This document shows, in pieces, positions 40,043 to 49,708 of a stretch of 64,000 nucleotides of DNA. Below the pieces are notes generated by a model that was given only the letters and a program-made list of their open reading frames with translations, ran no database searches and was not told the origin of the DNA. Location of the stretch: contig OZ244587.1 of the NCBI GenBank assembly GCA_965218095.1, forward strand, positions 5,760,001 to 5,824,000. The letters run 5' to 3'. The DNA is from Candidatus Poribacteria bacterium (lineage in GTDB: Bacteria; Poribacteria; WGA-4E; PCPOR2b). The first letter of the stretch is position 1. Every line of letters begins with the position of its first letter. A program made the translations under genes and the position numbers.

Positions 40043-40347
40043 AGGATTCTCCTTATTTATGGCAGCAATGATCTGGGGAAATGTTGGTTTCAAACGATTT
40101 GGCAGATTGCTTTGCGATAGATCGAAAGTCGTCGCGTTCAAGTTTTTTCGCCACAACAAATGGGGATTCCACCGTTTTCATCGGAAAATTATAGCAAATT
40201 GAGCAGGATTCGACAATCCAAAAAATAGGACATCAACATGGGATCATGCTGTTACAGCAGCACGGCGCAAACGAATAGATTGCCTACTCGTTGAAAACAA
40301 GGGTGACAACATATTGAATCTAGCCGCACGTCGTCGCCTTTTTTCAT

Positions 40348-40375
40348 TTGATTGTGAATGAAATCGTGCTATAAT
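40348..40375 (+). promoter_or_regulatory. Putative sigma70 promoter of the ATPase/helicase operon
   Basis: TTGATT-16 bp-TATAAT with extended -10 TG, ~50 bp before ATG 40427. Confidence 0.6.
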
Positions 40376-40426
40376 TTCCATAATCCCTATCAGAAATTAA
40401 AGTGAAATGAAACACGAGGTGTCAAT

Positions 40427-41273
40427 ATGGATCTGACCCAGCTCATCGGGGAATGGAGGACGTCAAAAAAGCAGACAGAATCTGTTTTGAGGCTGCTTCG
40501 GGAAATCGCCCGTCTGGAGCAAAATCGGATGCAGCATCTGCCCCAATTGAGGAAACGATTGACTCAGCTTGATTCCTTTGTCAACCAACTCAACCGGACC
40601 CCACATCTGCAAGATGGACTGCGGAATTGGCTGAATGGGTATCGACAAGAACTTGCGGATGCAGCGGAGGAGTTCAAAAAACGGTTTGGGATTGTGCTTG
40701 AAGAGGAGTTGACAAAAAGAGGGCTTTCGCTTTCAGGATAATATCCTCAACTGAAAACGGGGCTGTGTACGATCGAACTCGACTTTGAGAGGGAACGAGT
40801 GACGGTTTGGTATGGTCCCAAACAGGAGCGTCTTTTTCAGTATGGTCTTGAGGCGGCGGAAGTAGCGAACAACGTTGAAAAAATCAGGGGGCGCCTTGGG
40901 TGCGGTTTAGCCACAGAAAAATTCCACCAGAAATTACAGGAGGCTTATGCCCGCGCTACAGGTGGGGTGGTGGGCAAACCTGCCCCAATCGTTGAGGTTC
41001 TAAGGGAACTTGCCTACCTCCTCCAGGATTCACAGTTTCTTCAAGATCCAAGGCAGGAGAACTATAAGGGCTACGATCGTGCGGATTTCAGCTATGACCT
41101 TTATCTGCTCCGTCAATCGGCTTCGGACATACTTGTTGACAAGCGGCCGCATCTGGTTGTGGCGACCTGAGCTCGCGCCAGAAGACAACGAGATTTCCTC
41201 TGGGTGCCTGATAATGAAAGCGGTAGGGGGACGACCTATTCCCACCTGAAATTTCGAGGAGGTAACGCAATGA
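40427..41273 (+). pseudogene. Unknown ~280-aa helical protein, first gene of ATPase/helicase operon; two in-frame stops
   Basis: ORFs 40427, 40799 and 41204 share one frame, broken by TAA 40739 and TGA 41168; protein-like sequence continues across both. Confidence 0.7.
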
Positions 41274-42527
41274 GTGAACTTCGCCTGGACGCTGCGCGAC
41301 GTATCATTGAGACCGTCGGCGCCAACGGTATCCCACCGGAACATGGATTTCAGTTTTTCACGGCTGGCCTGGAGCCTTACCTGACGGTCATTGATAAAGA
41401 GTATCTCTCCACGTTCATTCAGGGGGGAGGGGCCACCTTTAAGATCGTCATTGGCGTTTATGGCGGTGGAAAGCCCCACTTTCTTTACTCTGTTCGTGAC
41501 CTTGCCTGGAAGCATAACTTTGTCGTGTCGCATGTCTCCCTTTCTCCAGAGGAAAGCCCATTCCATCGGTTAGATCTGGTGTATAAAGTCATCGTGGGTG
41601 GATTTGACGCCCCCGCTAACTGCCGATGAACTGCTCTCCGGATACGAACAGGGAATGGCGAGTTTTCTGCGCACTTGGTACAGCCAGAAGTTTCAGGAAT
41701 TGAGCAGCACAGGTGTCTCAACGGAGGCGCTGCATGAGGAATTGTTGAACGGCGTGGAAACCATTGAGAGAATTGAAAGCATCAGCTTTGCCCGTGCAGT
41801 CAAAGCCGCCTTCCGTGCACTGACAGACCATCGGAAAGAGGATTTCATCAATATCTGCTTGTGGTTGAGTGGGCAGGGGTATGACCGGAGGATGCACGGG
41901 ACTTATGGCATCTACCAGCCGATTGATCGAACAACGGCATTGACCACGATCCGATCGCTAGTGCAGTGGATAAGACAAATTGACTACTCCGGTCTGGTGA
42001 TTCTTTTAGATGAGGCCGAGCGGGTGCCTTCCTTGAGCAGTCGGCAGCGGGTGCCTTCCTTGAGCAGTCGGCAGCGGGAACAACACCTGAGCAATCTACG
42101 GGAAGTGATTGATGCGTGTGGGCACACCAGCTTCGGCTGCGCGATGATTTTTTACGCCGTTCCTGACGAGAATTTCTTGGAGGGACGCACACAAGTCTAC
42201 GAAGCATTGCGACAACGGGTCGCTACCGTTTTTGAAACATTGAATCCATCGGATGTCCGAATCGATCTCAATCAAGTTAGCACCTCACCGCTCGACTTTT
42301 TACACGAAGTTGGGGACAAATTGGCTTTCGTTTACCAGACCGCTTATGACCATGAGTTTGAGGTAGCTGCCCTTGAGGAAACCATCACAATGACGGCGGA
42401 AACAGTGTATGAGCAACGCTTCGGTGACATTGGGTACAAACGGCTCTTCGTCCAGACGCTTATTCGAGGACTTCATTTTCTACGCCAGGAGGGTAGTTCA
42501 CCTCAAGTCAAGGATTTGCAGGTGTAG
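41270..42527 (+). pseudogene. BrxD/DUF2791-like P-loop ATPase 1, frameshifted near 41603
   Basis: RBS GGAGGT; FKIVIGVYGGGK(P)HF Walker A with T>P; SPEESPFHRLDLVY; Walker B LVILLDEAE in the shifted frame; 27-bp internal duplication. Confidence 0.75.
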
Positions 42528-42539
42528 GAGGAATCTGCC

Positions 42540-44002
42540 ATGCAAGAAAGCGTCATCCATCATAAAAAATACGGGTAAGGCGTCGTCAAAGGCACGTGCT
42601 TCAAAGGCTTCCAACTACAGGTGGCATTCGACACCGGACTGACGCGATGGGTGCGGCTGGATGAATTGACGGACACAACAGAAACGCCTCCGCCGAGTCC
42701 TCCGATGCCTGGCATCGGCGTTCCCCCAAACATTGAACGCTTCAAATCCCGACGTATGGTTGAAGCCTTTCGACTCGGCATTGTCCCCTACGATTGCGTC
42801 AGTGATTTCATTTTCGGACGCGCAGAAGAAATCCAGATTTTAACAGACTGGCTGGACCAACCCGACAGCAATGCAATGCTTACAGTGGGGGAGTATGGAA
42901 CAGGCAAAACGCATCTCCTTCACTATGCCTATGTCTGAGCGTTACAGGAAGGCTTCGCCGTTGTTTTAGTCGAGATGGATGGAAACGAATGCCCCTTTCA
43001 TAAACCCAAGCAGGTCTACAGCTACCTAGTCTGAACGCTTCAATTCCGTTCCGCAAAACATGGGAAGACACGGCTTGCCGGGTTTCGGGATGTACTCAAG
43101 GAGGCATTCGCTTGTTCCGCTTTCGAGGAGCATGTTTACTTCAAATGGCTAATCGATAAGACATTGGATGAGACGTTATGGGATTGGATCGAAGCGCGTG
43201 ATTACAGTCTCCGACCGCCGAATCTCTACCAGCAGACCAAAATGAGGGCCATCCGACGTGATTTTGACGCGGTTGAGCGGAATTTCCAACAGATGGAGGA
43301 GATCTTAAAGGAGATCCAACAGCTTGTTGATGGGGGTGATCTGAAGTTACCGGGAATTTACGCCAGATTGCCGGGATTGTATCCATATTATAAGGCAGCG
43401 AGTATCTACTGTTACCTTCTTTCCGCGCTCGGTTGGGCAGCGAAAGAGATTTTGGGACTCAAGGGGTTTCTGTTAATCTTCGACGAAGCGGAAACGGTCG
43501 ACAGATACGACAACCTTTATCAGGTGGACAAGAGCCAGAACTTCCTCAAGGCACTGATTCGCACAGCAAATAACGATGCGCATCTGTCCGGCCCACCCAG
43601 GGAGGCGGGACTGGACTACTGCCGCGTGGGTATTGCCCATCCATTCTGTTCCTCTATAAGCAGCTGTCCGGACTGAAGCTGCTTTTCGCTTTGACACCGA
43701 TTGACAGGCTCAAGGGGTTTCCAGAATTGCAACAGGCTGAACGAATTGATTTACAGCCGTTAACAGAATCGGTAAAACAAGCGCTCTTCCAGAATATCTT
43801 TCTCCTTTACAAGCGGTCGTATGACGGTCTCAAAGCAGATCTCCCTCTTGACATGATAGGAGCGGTTTTCCAACAAGTAACGCGCAGAAGTGAACTGACA
43901 CGGCTGTTCGTCAAAGGTTCTGTTGAAGTGTTAGACTTGATTCGGCGTGCACAGGGGCGCAGTCTGAGTTTCACCGAGGTACTGGGTGAGGTTTTTGAAT
44001 GA
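42540..44002 (+). pseudogene. BrxD/DUF2791-like P-loop ATPase 2 with N-terminal Tudor/SH3-like domain; three stops and one frameshift
   Basis: RBS AGGAGG, ATG 42540; stops at 42576, 42936, 43032; EAFRLGIVP...FGRAEEI; Walker A GEYGTGKTH; Walker B LLIFDEAE; frameshift ~43640 into LKLLFALTP. Confidence 0.75.
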
Positions 44003-45582
44003 TTGATGTCACAAAAGTTGAGGCGATTCATCGCCGATTGAAACGGGCCTGGATGCCGTTCTTCACTCGGTTCGGTCAGCTCACGCTGGTCCAGATCGAA
44101 ACGATTCCGAAGATTCTGGATGGCGCTAATGTCGTTGTGGCTTCACCGACAGCTTCAGGTAAGACAGAATCCGTCATCGCTCCCGTTTCGGAACACTTTC
44201 TTGCAGAATGTTGGGAGGGTATGGCGATTTTGTATGTCGTTCCAACTCGCGCCCTTGCCAACGATACGTTGGCGCGCATTGAAGGCCCGCTTGGGGACAT
44301 GGGACTGACAGCGGCGCTCAAGCACGGCGATAACCCTTCGCTGCCAGCAGATAGCCTGCCCAATTGTCTGATTACTACGCCCGAATCTTTAGACTCGCTG
44401 ATCTGTCGTTGCCCGCAAGCGTTTGCAACCTTGCAGACTGCCATCCTGGATGAGATTCATCTACTGGATAACACCTGCTGCGGCGACCACCTGCGGCTAC
44501 TCTTATGGCGGTTGCGCAAGTTGGTATCCGACCGATCTGACCGTCAGGAAGGTCACAGTTTCTCCACCGATCTCCTGTCGGCGACCCTTTCTGCGCCTCA
44601 CCAAATCGCCCGAAGGTATACAACCGACTTTGAGGTCGTGACGGTGGCCAGCAGCCGGGAAATCGATTATTACCTGATTGATTCTCACCAGGGAGCTTAT
44701 GATTTGGCGCGAGCGCGGGGGTGGCGGAAACTACTCATCTTTTGCAATCTGCGTGAGTCTGTTGAACAGGTTGCGGCTGATCTTGCCCCATTGTGGACCC
44801 CCTATCCTGTCATGGTTCATCATGGCAGCCTCAACCGTCGCGTGCGTGAAGAAGCTGAGACCGTCATGAAGGAAGCAGATATCGCGGTCTGTGTGGCAAC
44901 ATCCACGCTGGAAATCGGCATCGATATTGGTGATGTAGACCTCATTGTGCTCGCCGAAGCGCCCTGGAGTATCTCTGCGCTGCTTCAACACATTGGGCGG
45001 GGTAACCGCAGAGCGGGGCGCATTCATGCCGCGGCGGTAGCAACCACTGAGGAGGAGGAAGCGCTGCTTTCAGCGATGTTCAAGATGGCCGCGACAGGCA
45101 TGCTTCCAGCCGAGTCCTATGCGCCGGACCCTTCTGTTGCGGTTCAGCAGATCTGCTCGTATCTGTATCAACACCCCCAGGGGGCGTCAGAAGCAGAACT
45201 ACTTGAGCTCGTTTCTCCCCTGTGTTTAGCGAACGAATCCAGGCGGATTTGGGGGCACTTGCAACAACGCGGTTTTCTTGAGTGGTACACAGGACGTGGG
45301 TTCGCTTCTCCAAGGTTGATGGGTATGGGGGCAAAGGGGTACATTCCCGATGCACAAACCTGCAGTGTCATAGACGTTGATTCAGGCGGGGAAATCGGAA
45401 CCATCTCCGGCGTGTTTGATAACGTGTTTATTCTGGGCCAAAGAAGCTGGCAGATTGTCTCTCAGAAAGCGGGCATTATCAAGACCCGCCGCTTTCATGG
45501 GGAGGCAGAAACCCCTTTTTTTGAAAGACACAAGGGAATTGGCGCTTTCCACCATCTTTTGCCATCAAATTTGAAAAGGTAA
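43999..45582 (+). CDS. Lhr-like SF2 DEAD/DEAH helicase (BrxHI/SngC-like), probably degenerating
   Basis: ATGA overlap with the ATPase; SPTASGKTES, PTRALAND, TTPESLD, LDEIH, LSAT, HHGSL, ATSTLEIGIDIGDVD, QHIGRGNR. Confidence 0.85.
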   Translation: MIDVTKVEAIHRRLKRAWMPFFTRFGQLTLVQIETIPKILDGANVVVASPTASGKTESVIAPVSEHFLAECWEGMAILYVVPTRALANDTLARIEGPLGDMGLTAALKHGDNPSLPADSLPNCLITTPESLDSLICRCPQAFATLQTAILDEIHLLDNTCCGDHLRLLLWRLRKLVSDRSDRQEGHSFSTDLLSATLSAPHQIARRYTTDFEVVTVASSREIDYYLIDSHQGAYDLARARGWRKLLIFCNLRESVEQVAADLAPLWTPYPVMVHHGSLNRRVREEAETVMKEADIAVCVATSTLEIGIDIGDVDLIVLAEAPWSISALLQHIGRGNRRAGRIHAAAVATTEEEEALLSAMFKMAATGMLPAESYAPDPSVAVQQICSYLYQHPQGASEAELLELVSPLCLANESRRIWGHLQQRGFLEWYTGRGFASPRLMGMGAKGYIPDAQTCSVIDVDSGGEIGTISGVFDNVFILGQRSWQIVSQKAGIIKTRRFHGEAETPFFERHKGIGAFHHLLPSNLKR

Positions 45583-45755
45583 CGTAAGCACCGTAATTGC
45601 CACGTTCCGTCCGGCCCGCCAAAGATGGCGATGATGGGGTTCTCTAGATCACATTGTGTCGAATTCTAAATTGAAAAGTTGCACACGTCTTTTATCCGCC
45701 CTCCAACTTTCTGATTTCTCCAATCACGACAATTTCCCTGTTCCCCGTTTTTTCA

Positions 45756-45815
45756 TTGAATTATGCTTGAAAATATGGTATAAGTAAAATGAATGATTAC
45801 AATAGCTATTATCAT
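45756..45815 (+). promoter_or_regulatory. LysR gene promoter with overlapping dyad (candidate autoregulatory box)
   Basis: TTGAAT-17 bp-TATAAG with extended TG; dyad ATGAT-TAC-AATAGCTATT-ATCAT at 45793-45815. Confidence 0.5.
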
Positions 45816-45841
45816 CAAATGTGATGTGTAAAGGGAAAGTC

Positions 45842-46747
45842 GTGAATCTACACCAATTGGAGATTTTTCTCGCGGTTGCCAGGTGCCGGCATTTCTCAAA
45901 GGCGGCGACAGAATTGGATCTGACGCAATCCGCTGTATCAATGCAGATCAAGCAGTTGGAGCAGGAGCTGGGAGTGCCTCTGTTTGATCGGTTGGGAAAG
46001 ACGACACATTTAACGACATCCGGAATGCTTTTGGAGCAGCACGCGTCCCGGATTCTTGGGGCGGTGCGGGAGGTTTACCAATCGATTGAAGAGTTGAAGG
46101 GATTGGAGCGTGGGAGTGTCGCATTGGGCGCAAGCACGACGCCCGGCATTTACATTTTGCCTGCGATTTTGGGAATGTACAAGCCTCGGTATCCGCAGGT
46201 AAAACTGGACTACCAGATTGCCGACACACAGCAGATCGAGCAAATGGTGCTTCTCAATCAACTGGACTTCGGTGTGGTGGGTGGGCACCTCGTCGAGCAG
46301 GATCTGTGGATTGAGCCTTATTTGACCGACGAACTCATCCTGGTGGTCGGCGTGGATCACCCCTTCGCAAAAAGGGGAAATGTCGCGCTAGAAATGTTGC
46401 AAAGTGTGTCTTTCATTCTGCGACAAAAGGGATCTGCGACCCGTAAAGTCATTGACGAGGCGTTTGAAAAGCGAGGATTAAAACTCAACGTGACCATGGC
46501 GTTGCGCGATCCGGAATCTGTGAAACGGATGGCAATCGCCGGGCTTGGCGCAACGATTATCAGCAAATATGCCGTGCAACGCGAGATAGAGGCAGGGAGT
46601 TTAGTCTATGTACCCGTGCAAGGACTGCCGTTCACCCGACAATTGGTAGTTGTTTCTCACCGTGACAAGCGGTTTTCCGTGGCGGCGCAAGCGTTGTTGC
46701 AATTGTTACGCGATTCGAGGGCGCACGAACAGCCGAATTCAACGTAA
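45842..46747 (+). CDS. LysR-family transcriptional regulator (CysL-like)
   Basis: NLHQLEIFLAVA...FSKAA.EL.LTQSAVSMQIKQLEQELGVPLFDR; LGASTTPGIYILP; R..GSATR. Confidence 0.95.
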   Translation: MNLHQLEIFLAVARCRHFSKAATELDLTQSAVSMQIKQLEQELGVPLFDRLGKTTHLTTSGMLLEQHASRILGAVREVYQSIEELKGLERGSVALGASTTPGIYILPAILGMYKPRYPQVKLDYQIADTQQIEQMVLLNQLDFGVVGGHLVEQDLWIEPYLTDELILVVGVDHPFAKRGNVALEMLQSVSFILRQKGSATRKVIDEAFEKRGLKLNVTMALRDPESVKRMAIAGLGATIISKYAVQREIEAGSLVYVPVQGLPFTRQLVVVSHRDKRFSVAAQALLQLLRDSRAHEQPNST

Positions 46748-46823
46748 AACGTGTGATGTCCCCATTAATCCAGGGTTTTCGCGTCGCGCATCATTGTGAA
46801 TGAACATGGTAATTGACGCGTGT

Positions 46824-47999
46824 CTACGCCTCCGAGCAGAGAACCAGGGCACCTGTATAGGCATGGACGAAATTTCGATTGCCAATGGGGGCAAACTCGG
46901 CATTTCCAAAGAAACCAATAATTGGCAAATCTGGGAATTTTTCCTTAATGATCTGAATATCGTGGTTTTCTTCGCCATATAGCCCTCTGCCCCTTCCCAA
47001 GCAGTTAAAGTAAAGCCCGAAGGCGGGTGGATGCGCCTGTGCCCTTTCATGCAGCCGATTCATGATTGCCTGAATATCTTCTTCAGCCGCAAAGGGATTC
47101 CGCAGGTGAAACTGTACAATTTGTCTTTCTTCAACTTTCTCGGCAACTCCGATTGCCGAACCCTGCGGATCAATGCCAGTGAGGTTACGGATCAGATAGT
47201 CACCAGGCTTCGGAGATCGATTGGAGGCATCCATTGCGATACCAAGGAAAACCATTCTGCCAGAGCGCTGAATATCTTCCTCAGTCAATAATTGTATAGA
47301 ATCCCGCAAAACCTCTACAGCAGGCCTTCCATCCAATTCAAAGATTAGATTGTCCTCCGCGCGCGTGATTTCAAGTGGATGTCCAATAGGTTGACAGCCT
47401 TGCGCGACGCCGATCTCGGTGTGGAAGGAACCTGTCAATAACACACCCGCAACACTCGCTTCTGCAATATCTTTCCCGCACCATTGGTACATTTGCCCGC
47501 TCACCGGATCGCCGGAAGCCGCGGCGCCGACAATGGGGAGTTTACCTCCATCTTCACCGATCTGTTGGATAAGTTGGGCGGGCAGGATACATCGCACATC
47601 AGGCAAGACCACCAGGAGCGAATTCTCACGCAGTTCAGGCTGTATACGATTGCGTATGGATGTACCAACAGAGGGTCCATCACCTTCCGAAATGCAGAAG
47701 GGAAGGGCAGACAACTGATCTGAACGCAGCACAAGGACAGCAACGCCTGATTTTCCTTCAAACTCTCCGTCCGAAGTGAGGACGCTCATTCCACTACAGC
47801 CGATTAGGTGATCGCAGCCCGAGATCTCCCGCACCCCCTCGAAGAGTCGCTCGTACTCTCCTTGATAGTCAACTGTTGCGAAAACAAACGCAAGATCTGC
47901 CTTTGCCAATTTCGCTTTACTCATCGCCATTGTGGTTGCCTGTTTAACCGCTTCAGGTGTCAAAGTACTCAGACTATGACCAACGCCAGCACGAATCAT
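46824..47999 (-). CDS. FIST N/FIST C sensory domain protein
   Basis: IGCSG; VAQGCQPIG.P..IT.A..N.I.ELDG.PA; YLIRN; YFNCLGRG; GFFGNAEFAP. Confidence 0.9.
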   Translation of the reverse strand: MIRAGVGHSLSTLTPEAVKQATTMAMSKAKLAKADLAFVFATVDYQGEYERLFEGVREISGCDHLIGCSGMSVLTSDGEFEGKSGVAVLVLRSDQLSALPFCISEGDGPSVGTSIRNRIQPELRENSLLVVLPDVRCILPAQLIQQIGEDGGKLPIVGAAASGDPVSGQMYQWCGKDIAEASVAGVLLTGSFHTEIGVAQGCQPIGHPLEITRAEDNLIFELDGRPAVEVLRDSIQLLTEEDIQRSGRMVFLGIAMDASNRSPKPGDYLIRNLTGIDPQGSAIGVAEKVEERQIVQFHLRNPFAAEEDIQAIMNRLHERAQAHPPAFGLYFNCLGRGRGLYGEENHDIQIIKEKFPDLPIIGFFGNAEFAPIGNRNFVHAYTGALVLCSEA

Positions 48000-48062
48000 C
48001 AATCTCACCTAATCTTTCTCTACTTCATAACTTTTGTTTTTTCTCTCTGGATTCGACTGACT

Positions 48063-48091
48063 ATTATACACCCACCGGCGTTTTTTGTAAA
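48063..48091 (-). promoter_or_regulatory. Putative sigma70 promoter for the FIST gene
   Basis: Minus strand TTTACA-17 bp-TATAAT. Confidence 0.5.
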
Positions 48092-48110
48092 GTTCTATTC
48101 GCAAGAGGCA

Positions 48111-49367
48111 TCACGCATTATGTTCCGTGATGACGAATTCCATCCGGCGATGTGCTTCCCGTAGAGCCATCTCCACACTTTCGGGTGTTCCACTCCTTGC
48201 TAGGATGAATCCGAGGTATCTGCCCCCCTCTGGCAAAGGGATAACCTCCTGCCCAAGCGGTATGCTGATGGCGATCTCCTCGATTCCAGCGACCTGTTCT
48301 GCTTCTGCTTTGCCTCGCACCTCGCGTAGAATTCCTGCACGAGGGATGGGAATCATCATCACGCCAGCCGGTTGTCGTTCCCGCTGCAACGATTCGATCT
48401 CTATCCCGATGGCGTGCCGAATGATAAGCTCCTCCAGCGAGATTCCTGTGCTGAAGCGCAACGTCCGCGCGCAAAGCCCACCAATCGATCGCCCGGCAAT
48501 CTCGATAATCCAAACCCCTTTATCGTTGACCCGAAGTTCAGCGTGGACGGGTCCTTCCCGCAAGCCGAGCGCTTCTGCCGTTTGTACCGTACAGGATGCA
48601 ATCTCGTCCTGGACGCTGGTCGGCAATCGCGATGGTGTGACATAGAGCGTTTCCTCGAAAAAGGGACCATCTAGCGGATCTGGTTTATCGAAGATGGCGA
48701 GGACCTTGAGTTGCCCTCGCAAAAGGATTCCCTCAAGGGCAACTTCTCTCCCCGGTATAAAGCTTTCAACAAGAATCTGCTGCGCCTCCGTACTCCCTTG
48801 AGCCGCGACATCGGGTGAACGTAAGATTGCAACCACCCGCTGAAATGCTTCCACAAACTCATCCGGATCGTTCGCACGGATGACGCCGCGACTCGCCGAA
48901 AGGGAAAGGGGCTTGAGGACACACGGAAAATCCACGCGGCGGGCGATTTCCGCCGGTTCATCGTCGATTGAAACAGGGTCGAAGCGCGGTGAGGAAATAC
49001 CCCCCTCCGTGAGGATTTTCCGCATCTGATACTTGCTTCGTGTGGCGTAAGCGGATGCTACGGAGTTATGTGGTAAGGAGAATGCCTTCGACGCCATTGC
49101 TGTAAGAATCGTCGTGTCGTCATCGACGCCCACAATCGCGTCGATCGGATGGGTTTTAGCAAACACCACGATCTCCTGCACTGCCTTTTCCGGCTTGTTA
49201 AAGTTGATGACGAAGGACTTTCGGGGCGAAAATTCCGACAACGTTTGTGGCTGATCTGATCCGAGCACGACCTCCACGTCTAACTGTGATGCTGCTGCTA
49301 GAAAATCAGTTGCCCTATACGTCTTTGTAGGCAAGAGAAGGAGAATACGTTTCTTTTCCGGATTCAT
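48111..49367 (-). CDS. ATP-grasp domain protein (L-amino-acid ligase-like)
   Basis: SKYQMR; FPCVLKPLSLSASRGV; LVESFIPGREV; GPVHAELR; IIEIAGR. Confidence 0.88.
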   Translation of the reverse strand: MNPEKKRILLLLPTKTYRATDFLAAASQLDVEVVLGSDQPQTLSEFSPRKSFVINFNKPEKAVQEIVVFAKTHPIDAIVGVDDDTTILTAMASKAFSLPHNSVASAYATRSKYQMRKILTEGGISSPRFDPVSIDDEPAEIARRVDFPCVLKPLSLSASRGVIRANDPDEFVEAFQRVVAILRSPDVAAQGSTEAQQILVESFIPGREVALEGILLRGQLKVLAIFDKPDPLDGPFFEETLYVTPSRLPTSVQDEIASCTVQTAEALGLREGPVHAELRVNDKGVWIIEIAGRSIGGLCARTLRFSTGISLEELIIRHAIGIEIESLQRERQPAGVMMIPIPRAGILREVRGKAEAEQVAGIEEIAISIPLGQEVIPLPEGGRYLGFILARSGTPESVEMALREAHRRMEFVITEHNA

Positions 49368-49708
49368 GAGATTTTCTCCATTTGAGGCAGGCTATGTATC
49401 TTTGTTATACTCATGAAAGCTGTGACTTGACGTTTCAGACTACTCAGTCCAACTTGGAAGGAAAGGATGGAAGGAAGATTTCATCCCTTTCTTCCGAGTC
49501 ACAATGGATCTGAATTAGGAAAATCACAACTTATGACCTGTGTTATATTATACACTGTATCCTTCTGATTTTAGAAATAAATAACAGATGGCAAACAATC
49601 AGAACCCTAAACCTCACCTACCCTTCTGCGTCTAATGAGGCGATTTCACAGGCGTTAAGCTACATATTTATCGTCAGATGTCATAGGAGTATAGAAAGGG
49701 TTGCCAAA

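Noticed and set aside
41204-41629. Natural fusion of gene A with ATPase 1
   Set aside because: A strong RBS+ATG at 41270 and an alternative-frame ending (GAG GAG GTA ACG CAA TGA, ATGA overlap) suggest a 1-bp indel created the apparent fusion.
12188-43034. Genome-wide stop-codon reassignment explaining the in-frame stops
   Set aside because: The interruptions use all three stops (TAG, TAA, TGA) plus frameshifts, and all three codons terminate intact genes here.
40427-45582. Calling the island a complete BREX or Shango system
   Set aside because: No pglX, pglZ, brxC/pglY or recognisable TerB-domain gene; only the ATPase/helicase core is shared.
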